From Candidatus Harrisonbacteria bacterium (GTDB lineage: Bacteria; Patescibacteriota; Minisyncoccia; UBA6257; UBA11618): a stretch of DNA of 37,489 nucleotides. Numbering within the stretch: the first letter of the stretch is position 1; each line of letters begins with the position of its first letter. The DNA lies in the NCBI GenBank assembly GCA_016867415.1, contig VGJO01000003.1, positions 1 through 37,489 of the forward strand. Reading direction: 5' to 3'. A program made the position numbers and the translations under genes. The notes beneath the pieces were generated by a model that had not been told where the DNA came from, made no database searches, and saw only the letters and a list, made by a program, of their open reading frames with translations. This document shows, piece after piece, positions 28,504 to 35,865 of the stretch.

Positions 28504-28818
28504 TCATTGGCGCGCCTCCTTCGGCGACTTAAAAAATAAAACTGATACTACTAAATCTACAATAGACCAAAAGAAATGTCCAAAGTAGAGAGGGTTGATC
28601 GGATTAAAAACGATTGCGATAACGATCATGGTCAGCATCCATCTCTTATTTTTCTCTTTGTGATATAGATACACTGAGAATGCGGCCGCCCCAAAGATCA
28701 CAAGCTTAAGAGCTTGATAGAAAAAGTAAGGCCATACCGGGATTACTGCGACAAGTAATGCTATGGTCGCTATCTTCGAAAAAAGTTTTCGATATTCAGC
28801 TTGTTCTTTGGTAACCAT
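28504..28818 (-). CDS. DUF6804-like small multi-TM membrane protein
   Basis: PYFFYQALKLVI...IAIVFNPINPLYF..FWSIVD motif pattern; 104 aa. Confidence 0.75.
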   Translation of the reverse strand: MVTKEQAEYRKLFSKIATIALLVAVIPVWPYFFYQALKLVIFGAAAFSVYLYHKEKNKRWMLTMIVIAIVFNPINPLYFGHFFWSIVDLVVSVLFFKSPKEARQ

Positions 28819-28826
28819 AAGTATTT

Positions 28827-29906
28827 CTACGACCTCTCCAAATTTGTAAACTTATCATAATAGGCAAGCTCTTCTTTTGAGATCGATGGTTGAAATTTAC
28901 TCATAGCTTCCAAAAGCAACCTTTCGTCAATAAAACTTTTGTCTTGCGCGACAGCTAGACGAGCGGCCTGTGTGACAATAAGCTCGATGTCCGAACCAAC
29001 GTAGAACTCTGTTTTTTTTGACAATTTGTCGAAGTCAATTCCCTTGTCATAAGGTCGTCCGGATAGGAAAATCCTAAACATATCCTTTCTTGCCTCAAAG
29101 TCTGGCGGTCCAACAAAAATTCGTTTATCCATTCTGCCGGATCTCATAATGGCCGCATCGATCATGTGGGGTCTATTTGTTGCTCCAACGACCAAAATCT
29201 TATTTGCCCCAGCATTGTTGAGCTGAAGCAAAAACTCGTTGATCTCTTCTTTTTTAATATCAGCTGAGGAAGTTAGCTCTTCTCTCTTTGGTATAAGACC
29301 CTCGATTTCATCAATAAAAACAATAGCCGGAGATTGCATCTTCGCCATCTCAAATACTTTCGCAATATTACCTACTGCACCGTGAACCCACGGCGTGGCA
29401 ACCGATGAAGGGTTGAGCTCAAAGAAATTGTATCCCAGTTCTTCAGCCAATTTTTTGACAATAAAAGTTTTTCCACATCCCGGAGGACCATAAAGTAATA
29501 TGCCATTGGGGATAGAGAGTTTAAATTTTAAGAACTTCTCCGGATTTTTTAGGGGCTCTATGACTTCACTAATCAAAAGGGCTTTGAGTCCCTGCATGCC
29601 TGCAACACAATCAAAACCACGCAATGTGGTGAGACTATCGATAATATCGGTTATCTTCTCATGTGAGTGGACATTTATGACCACACCAAGATATTTTTTA
29701 TTCTCATGATCAATCGTCACAAGATCATATCTTTTACCTCGATCAATAACTTCCTCTGGTCGAATATTGGTGAATAGATATAAATATTTTCCGTCAGAAA
29801 GCTCGTAAACTTCTGTGAAAAAGATACGTTCTACGCGACCTTTAATTGTGAGGTCATCCCTCACCTTGAATCCGTTATGTAAAATTGGTTTAGTTGATGT
29901 TGTCAT
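28827..29906 (-). CDS. Classical-clade AAA+ ATPase (single Cdc48/FtsH-like module)
   Basis: Walker A GPPGCGKT, Walker B IVFIDE, SRH ATNRPHMIDAAIMRSGRMD; ~95-aa unknown N-domain. Confidence 0.93.
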   Translation of the reverse strand: MTTSTKPILHNGFKVRDDLTIKGRVERIFFTEVYELSDGKYLYLFTNIRPEEVIDRGKRYDLVTIDHENKKYLGVVINVHSHEKITDIIDSLTTLRGFDCVAGMQGLKALLISEVIEPLKNPEKFLKFKLSIPNGILLYGPPGCGKTFIVKKLAEELGYNFFELNPSSVATPWVHGAVGNIAKVFEMAKMQSPAIVFIDEIEGLIPKREELTSSADIKKEEINEFLLQLNNAGANKILVVGATNRPHMIDAAIMRSGRMDKRIFVGPPDFEARKDMFRIFLSGRPYDKGIDFDKLSKKTEFYVGSDIELIVTQAARLAVAQDKSFIDERLLLEAMSKFQPSISKEELAYYDKFTNLERS

Positions 29907-29935
29907 AAATTTTTCTTATCGTCTTTCATAAAAAA

Positions 29936-30508
29936 TTATTGTGGAGTGCAGTTGGCATCTAGGAAATTGTTATAGGTATCAATCTGACTGTCGAAGGCCT
30001 TTCTTCTTTGATCCCAACTGTTTGCGACAGTAATAAGTCTTTGGCGTTCAGTATTATAGCGATCTACCCTAGAGTTGTAATTGTCTACTGCATACTCATT
30101 ATTTTCATCGACATACATTGCCTCAATGGCGACCTTTTCAGCCTTATTTGCGGCAATTTGTCGATCCAAGGTATCACTCTCGGTAGCCAACTGGGCTTCC
30201 GTAGATGCATTCGGTTTTAACTGCATTGCTCTGTTGTAATTAGAATCAGAGCATCGAAATGTTTGACCGCCTTCTGACAAGAGGTTATTGGAATTTGTAC
30301 CGCCAGAAGATGTGTTGGTTGAGGTTGAGGAGCCGCTATCAGACCAAATTATCCATCCAAAAAAGAGAATCACGCTAGCAATGATCAGAATTTTTTTCCA
30401 ATTATATTTACTTTTTTCTGATAGAGGTTTCTCACGATTAATTGTACCCGTTTTTTGAGGGGTATCCTTATCTAAAAAATCTGTATCAAATTTAAGATGG
30501 TCTGACAT
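29936..30508 (-). CDS. Single-TM protein with extracytoplasmic coiled coil and Cys pair
   Basis: TM ILIIASVILFFGWIIW, Ser/Thr linker, heptad-like region bounded by FRC...ANC. Confidence 0.8.
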   Translation of the reverse strand: MSDHLKFDTDFLDKDTPQKTGTINREKPLSEKSKYNWKKILIIASVILFFGWIIWSDSGSSTSTNTSSGGTNSNNLLSEGGQTFRCSDSNYNRAMQLKPNASTEAQLATESDTLDRQIAANKAEKVAIEAMYVDENNEYAVDNYNSRVDRYNTERQRLITVANSWDQRRKAFDSQIDTYNNFLDANCTPQ

Positions 30509-30514
30509 ATAATT

Positions 30515-31984
30515 TTATCCACTAAATACTGCGCTCAAAATCCAGATGCCTATAATCCCGATAATGGCGTACTGCCAGTACTTCTGCCACTTATGCAGTT
30601 CCAGTTTGCCTAAAAATGAATAACTCCCATTGCCATGATTTTCTACGGTGTAACGTGCAATTGGAATAACTGGTACAAAGAGTAGGACAAAATAGAGAGT
30701 ATCGCCGTAAATCCTAGTTCCACATCCATTAAGAGTGAACATACTAGGCGCACTTGAGATTGGTTTGCCATGTTTAGCTGTTCTCTCTTCTAGCTTCTGT
30801 TTTAGTTCTTGTAGAATCTTTTTCAATTCCAAATCAGTATCGCTGTTATAAATTGCTTGGTTGATTTCTTCTATAGCCCTGTCCGATTTACCCGCCTTTA
30901 CTTTCTGTAAGATTGGGTCAAGAACTTTGTTGTATGCTTCCTCTTTTGTTTTATATGCAAGATTGCTCTGTAGGGTCGCAACATCTGCTTGGACTTTATT
31001 TTTAGAACTCTCTGTGCCAGAAATTTCCTCTGCGATCTTAGCTAGTCCCAGTGCAACCTCGGTTTCATTTAGATCATTGTGTAGATCAATACTAAGACTC
31101 CTTATCGCAGTTGCGGCCCTATCTCGCATTACCTTTGTTTTACTGTCGTTATATAATCCAAGATCGATTAATTTATTTAATTCAGATCGAATTAATCCTA
31201 TGAGTTCTTTTATGGTTTTCTTCTCTTCCTTATCAAGGGTTCCATCCTCGCTGACCTTCAACTTTTCCAATTTTTCAACCGCAATACTAATCGCTTGATA
31301 AGCCGGTCCCAAAACACTTTTCTCAACTTTTTGACCTTTGGCCGAAAAGACCTTCTGAAATTCGTTAATATAATCGCTGTGTTTATGGAGATGATACAGT
31401 TCAGTATAAATGTCAGTCAGGTATTCAACTACATGGCCTTTGAAATCAGAAACAATATCTTCACTGGCTATTTGCTCATCGTGGAGTTTGTATACTTTAG
31501 AGAAAGATGCCCAGAATTTATCTGAATCGACCAACTCTTTCCAGGCGATCAGAGAATTTTGTAGATATTCTTTGTTGTCTTCGACAGCAAGCGTAAGACA
31601 ATACAAAATTGCTAAATTCTTTTTATAAAAGAAAGCTTTTGTGCTTTGACCTTCAGCCGCCTTTTGCCAAACACGAATGGCATCGAGATAGTTCTTTTGC
31701 TTGAGTAGTCCTAAAGCCTGTTCATCAATGCTGTCTGCGATCTGAATCCAAAAGAAATACTCCTTGATCTTCTTCTTTGGAGCTTGAAGTCGTTGCAGGG
31801 CCTCCTTGACTGCGTCCTCAGTTCGAAAATCTTTGAACAGACCGACATCTAAATCATAGCTTGGAACATCATCTACTCTTAAGCGATTAATAATTTCCTT
31901 TGAACGTTTGAGGATATCCTTTTCGCTGGCCGAAATATCCAGTCCCAGAATGTGATATGCGTTGTTTTTGAGTGTATGTGACAT
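30515..31984 (-). CDS. J-domain-like (HPD-less) helical-repeat protein with C-terminal membrane anchor
   Basis: NAYHILGLDISASEKDILKR matches J helices I-II and EALQRLQAPKKK resembles the helix III-IV junction; no HPD; TPR-like helices; C-terminal NGCGTRIYG..YFVLLFVPVIPIARY plus TM helix. Confidence 0.7.
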   Translation of the reverse strand: MSHTLKNNAYHILGLDISASEKDILKRSKEIINRLRVDDVPSYDLDVGLFKDFRTEDAVKEALQRLQAPKKKIKEYFFWIQIADSIDEQALGLLKQKNYLDAIRVWQKAAEGQSTKAFFYKKNLAILYCLTLAVEDNKEYLQNSLIAWKELVDSDKFWASFSKVYKLHDEQIASEDIVSDFKGHVVEYLTDIYTELYHLHKHSDYINEFQKVFSAKGQKVEKSVLGPAYQAISIAVEKLEKLKVSEDGTLDKEEKKTIKELIGLIRSELNKLIDLGLYNDSKTKVMRDRAATAIRSLSIDLHNDLNETEVALGLAKIAEEISGTESSKNKVQADVATLQSNLAYKTKEEAYNKVLDPILQKVKAGKSDRAIEEINQAIYNSDTDLELKKILQELKQKLEERTAKHGKPISSAPSMFTLNGCGTRIYGDTLYFVLLFVPVIPIARYTVENHGNGSYSFLGKLELHKWQKYWQYAIIGIIGIWILSAVFSG

Positions 31985-31988
31985 ATAT

Positions 31989-34502
31989 TTATCGCGTTAT
32001 ACCCGAAAGGTTATCTTTAATTTTCTCTTGATCATCGGATGGGAGCAAGAGTGACAAATTGCGGACACACCGTTTCAGTTCGTCCACATCGCCAAGTTCA
32101 ATTGCTTTTCTACCTTTTTCTATGTAATACTTTGCCTCTCTTTTGTTGATAAAGGTTGGATTACTATCAACAATTTTTTTGAAGTGATGTACCCAAGTTA
32201 CTGGGTTAGAAAAAATAGCTTTTGAACTTAACTCTTTTATTTGCTCATTGATACGAATCAGTAGTGATTTATCGTTATTGGCAATAGCTTTCTCTCCTTC
32301 TTCTTTAAGTTTATTTAACTGATCGTTATTTGCGGTTCTGTCCTTCTCGTCCGCATAATCACTAATGATACTTTGTGTGTCTTGGATACCGTCTTTAAAC
32401 TCTTTTACTAACTGGGGCATCTCTTTCTCTTTTTCAATTTTATCCAAGGCAATTTTTAGATCTTTAATCTGTTTATTTGCCTTCATTTTTTCATCTTCGT
32501 CCACAGGAGCATTATTAACACTTGTTTGAGCAGATTGGATGTTATTGTCAATTATTTTTCTTTCGTCGGGCGAGAGGTTTTCTGAAATAGCTTTCGCTCT
32601 TTCTTTTTGAGTCTCAAGATCTTCCTCAATATTTTTAAGCTCAATCGTTTCGTCATGAGAGGTCGAACGAGCATTAACAGTGAGGTCAATCAGTGGGATA
32701 TAAGCCGTAACAAACACTTCTCGTGATTCGTTCACGACAACAGTTAGTTCCAGCGGCGTTCCCTCGGGGAGATCATGCGGCAAATCCTTCCCATTAATAC
32801 CCACCTTACATAGAAACCCATTACGATCTGGCATGTCAGATTCACCCTCAACCACTATAATATCTAACTCATTTTCCTCGCCCCTCTTCAGCTTTCTTGA
32901 TGTTTTGTAATCAGTAAGAAATCTTTTAATGGGGAGCATTGAACCTTTATCAAAAACTCTTTCGCAAATATTTACTGCCACGTTTCTTGTATAATCTTTT
33001 TGCACCACAACAATACCAACAGAATGTGGTAGGGGGGCGCCAGATACCGATAAGCCGTGAGTAATTGTGAATGAATCAGGGTCAATCGGAACAGAATTAC
33101 CTTGTTTGTCAAAGAGATATAACCAATAGACATTTGGTTTATTTGGTTCGACTGCAACCGTATCAAAGAACTTGCCGTTTTTTAGTTTGATTTTTTGACC
33201 ATTATAAAAGCCACTGTCAGATTGAATTTGTATATAATATTCCTCTTCTGATTCTTCCAGACTCTCGATGATCCCGCTGGCTGTTTGTTCCGTATCAGAT
33301 GTAAGGGATTCATAATTTAAATCAATAGATCGAGTTCCTTCCTTGAGTTTTTTGCCATCACTTTCCATAAACTCTTTTGGAATTTTCTGACCGATACCGA
33401 ACACACAAGCGCCTCTCGCAACTACAGTAAGAGGATCAACTGATGCATCAGTGGTGATTTTGAGATCAGCTTCAATCCTTTCTCGAATATAAGGAATCTG
33501 CGTCGGTCCACCGACAAGGATTACTTTTGCAACAGCACCGGCCTTGATACCAGCGTCTTTCAGAGTTTCCTTTGAGAGTTCTATAGTGCGATCAATCATT
33601 GGCTTGATCAATTTCTCAAAGTCTTTTCTTGTAAAATTAACGGTGAGAAAAATCTCCTTGTCATAATCGTCCTTCCCGATATTTTCCACCACGATTGAGG
33701 TTTTATCATATTCAGATAGCTCAATTTTAGCGGTCTCGGCAAAAAACTTTAATTGAGAAAAAGCACTCCTGTATTTTTCATTACTCCTATTAAAGTTTTT
33801 GATAGAAAACTTTTCTAAAATTTTCGGTACAATCACTTTATCAACAATTTCCAAGTCAAAGTTTTTGCCACCGAGAAAATTATCGCCATTATGTCCAAGT
33901 ACCGAAAGTGCTCGATCTTTGGAGGCGATCAATGCAACGTCAAACGTACCACCGCCAAAATCATAAATAAGCCAATTCTCATTCTTGGTATTAGTGAAGC
34001 CGTAAGCGATGGCGGCGGCTATGGGTTCTTGTAGTAACACCACATGTTTAAATCCGGCGAGGTTGCCCGCTCGCTTGGTTGCTTCCGACTGAAGTACCGA
34101 GAAAGCGGCTGGAACAGTGATCACGGCGGCCACCGTGCTGAAGTCTGGATACTTTCTTAAAATATCCTCTTTCAAGCTCTTCAGAATTTCGGCTGAGATT
34201 TCTTCCGGGCCCATGTCCACGTTGGCTCTCTCAAAGTGAAACTTTTCCGAAGTACCCATTAACCGCTTAACTTCAGGTTTGTAGTTCTTAATCTCTTCTT
34301 CCGATGCGTCCTTATAGAAACTTTCGTATGCTTTCTGGCCGACCACTTTATTTCTTGCCTTGTCGAAACCAAAGACGGATGGGGTATATTCTACGCCTCC
34401 CGGTTTCTTAACGATTTCAATATTGCCATTCTTATTAATTGCAACGGATGAATTCGTTGTGCCAAGGTCAATACCTATTTGAATATTTTGTTGGTTGACC
34501 AT
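31989..34502 (-). CDS. Specialised Hsp70 (DnaK-family) protein, 837 aa
   Basis: IGIDLGTTNS, TVPAAF, QEPIAAAIAYG, YDFGGGTFD, LGGKNFD, LVGGPTQIP; ~110-aa insert after the ATPase domain; divergent substrate-binding domain and long helical tail. Confidence 0.95.
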   Translation of the reverse strand: MVNQQNIQIGIDLGTTNSSVAINKNGNIEIVKKPGGVEYTPSVFGFDKARNKVVGQKAYESFYKDASEEEIKNYKPEVKRLMGTSEKFHFERANVDMGPEEISAEILKSLKEDILRKYPDFSTVAAVITVPAAFSVLQSEATKRAGNLAGFKHVVLLQEPIAAAIAYGFTNTKNENWLIYDFGGGTFDVALIASKDRALSVLGHNGDNFLGGKNFDLEIVDKVIVPKILEKFSIKNFNRSNEKYRSAFSQLKFFAETAKIELSEYDKTSIVVENIGKDDYDKEIFLTVNFTRKDFEKLIKPMIDRTIELSKETLKDAGIKAGAVAKVILVGGPTQIPYIRERIEADLKITTDASVDPLTVVARGACVFGIGQKIPKEFMESDGKKLKEGTRSIDLNYESLTSDTEQTASGIIESLEESEEEYYIQIQSDSGFYNGQKIKLKNGKFFDTVAVEPNKPNVYWLYLFDKQGNSVPIDPDSFTITHGLSVSGAPLPHSVGIVVVQKDYTRNVAVNICERVFDKGSMLPIKRFLTDYKTSRKLKRGEENELDIIVVEGESDMPDRNGFLCKVGINGKDLPHDLPEGTPLELTVVVNESREVFVTAYIPLIDLTVNARSTSHDETIELKNIEEDLETQKERAKAISENLSPDERKIIDNNIQSAQTSVNNAPVDEDEKMKANKQIKDLKIALDKIEKEKEMPQLVKEFKDGIQDTQSIISDYADEKDRTANNDQLNKLKEEGEKAIANNDKSLLIRINEQIKELSSKAIFSNPVTWVHHFKKIVDSNPTFINKREAKYYIEKGRKAIELGDVDELKRCVRNLSLLLPSDDQEKIKDNLSGITR

Positions 34503-34511
34503 AGTAATAAA

Positions 34512-35036
34512 TTAATGGTTGCTTAGTAAAATTATCTTCGCCTTGCGAACGACCTGACCTTTAAGCATGATTGTAGGCTCGACAGTTTCCTTCACGATCG
34601 ACTCCGGAAGCGTAGGGTCTTTCTCTACAGATAAGATATCGAGATTAAGCCCGTCATTGTATTTGTGGTTCTTGTAGTCCACAATCTCGATATCGTATTT
34701 TTCTAGGTAACGCCTTAACTTTTGTATAGAATTTTCTAGACCTTTTAACTGATTCTCTGGTAAACTCGAAGCAGATTTGGTGATACGTTGCTCGATACGC
34801 CACACTTCTATAGCAAGATCAGTAATCTCATTGGCCTCAATAGTCACTGTTACAAACTTAGGGGCTACTGCAGATTTAATTTCCTCTCTAATCTTTAAAA
34901 ATAATTCTTCGAACTTATCGGCGCCGCTGGACTGATGAACGCCCTTGCGTGAAAGGAGATACACAAAAGCAAGGATTAAAAGAGCTCCTGCGACGGTGAT
35001 TGCTACGACAACTGGGTTTGTAAATAAATTGCTCAT
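34512..35036 (-). CDS. Membrane-anchored GrpE-like nucleotide exchange factor
   Basis: N-terminal TM, coiled coil, GrpE-type C-terminus LEKYDIEIVD...IVKETVEPTIMLKGQVVRKAKIIL; directly upstream of Hsp70. Confidence 0.72.
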   Translation of the reverse strand: MSNLFTNPVVVAITVAGALLILAFVYLLSRKGVHQSSGADKFEELFLKIREEIKSAVAPKFVTVTIEANEITDLAIEVWRIEQRITKSASSLPENQLKGLENSIQKLRRYLEKYDIEIVDYKNHKYNDGLNLDILSVEKDPTLPESIVKETVEPTIMLKGQVVRKAKIILLSNH

Positions 35037-35040
35037 AATT

Positions 35041-35250
35041 TTATTTTATTAAATCATCAAGCGACACTCCGAGCGCATCCGCGATTTTTTTGACTGTTTC
35101 AATAGTGGGATTGGGAGTTGATCCAGCTTCAATTTTGGCGATTGTATGAAAAGCTAAATCCGCCTTTTTTGAAAGCTGATCCTGCGAGATACCGAGTTTG
35201 TTTCGGTATTTTTTTATGTTGTCTGCGATTGTGGATTTTTCCTTTGACAT
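35041..35250 (-). CDS. XRE-family HTH transcriptional regulator
   Basis: NIKKYRNKLGISQDQLSKKADLAFHTIAKIEAGSTPNPTIETVKKIADALGVSLDDL. Confidence 0.95.
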   Translation of the reverse strand: MSKEKSTIADNIKKYRNKLGISQDQLSKKADLAFHTIAKIEAGSTPNPTIETVKKIADALGVSLDDLIK

Positions 35251-35272
35251 ATTCGTATAACTTTACTATGAT
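35244..35272 (+). promoter_or_regulatory. Rightward sigma70 promoter toward the recombinase, overlapping the HTH start codon
   Basis: TTGACA(35244-49)-17 bp-TATGAT(35267-72); inverted repeat TATAACT(35256-62)/AGTTATA(35273-79) straddles the -10. Confidence 0.65.
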
Positions 35273-35309
35273 AGTTATATAGTGTTACGATTACTGCTTA
35301 TCGTTAGTT

Positions 35310-35338
35310 AGTATATGAAATTTTTATTATTTCGTCAA
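35310..35338 (-). promoter_or_regulatory. Leftward sigma70 promoter for the HTH-cargo operon
   Basis: TTGACG(35338-33)-17 bp-TATACT(35315-10). Confidence 0.65.
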
Positions 35339-35431
35339 ACACAATTAGGGAGTTCCTTGTCGTTGCCCGCGCATGGGTTGGGTGGGGCAAGGGCAACATC
35401 AACTCTAGCGGCGCATTTTGCTTTACAAAAT

Positions 35432-35621
35432 ACGCGCTCCAATCCCGCCGATAAATCTGTCCGCCAAAAAAATTTCAGGGCGAAGCCCAAGCAGGCGGGC
35501 AAAAAGGAAGGGGGTTGGGGGGAAGGAATTTTTGCCCGCCTGCTTTTGAGCGGCGGCGGGGCGGTTTCCTTAGTCGGGGTTCTGCTCAAAGAAAGTTCGA
35601 ACATTAATCAAAAACGACCGC
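35432..35621 (-). repeat. Right 190-bp inverted repeat (site C, tail coding sequence, hairpin)
   Basis: Inverted copy of 28307..28496 (188/190). Confidence 0.95.
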
Positions 35622-35750
35622 CAAATTGTACTTTTTGCGAAATCGTAAGATGTTGCCTCGGCGCTTCGCGCCTCGGCATGGTATTTTTCCGCAATTTTGA
35701 AGGCATTTTTGAAATCCAAAAACAAGGTGCGGTCGGCAATGCGGAAGTTC
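35570..35750 (-). repeat. Inverted silent copy of the recombinase C-terminal coding region with an alternative tail
   Basis: 35749->35570 reads NFRIADRTLFLDFKNAFKIAEKYHAEARSAEATSYDFAKSTIWRSFLINVRTFFEQNPD*; the first 44 aa are 37/44 identical to recombinase codons 37237..37368. Confidence 0.92.
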
Positions 35751-35865
35751 CTGTGCGACAGAACAGAGAAAACGAAGTTTTCAAAACCAATCTTTTTTCT
35801 TTCGCCTCTGGCGAAAGGTTGAGCACATTTTTCTTTGATTGCCCAAAAGCTAACTTCAAAACAAT

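Noticed and set aside
31989-34502. Housekeeping dnaK
   Set aside because: Too long, linker and substrate-binding domain divergent, located in a mobile island; gene symbol withheld.
28307-35621. Composite transposon or IS element
   Set aside because: No transposase inside or adjacent and no target-site duplication seen; the arms encode recombinase tails instead.
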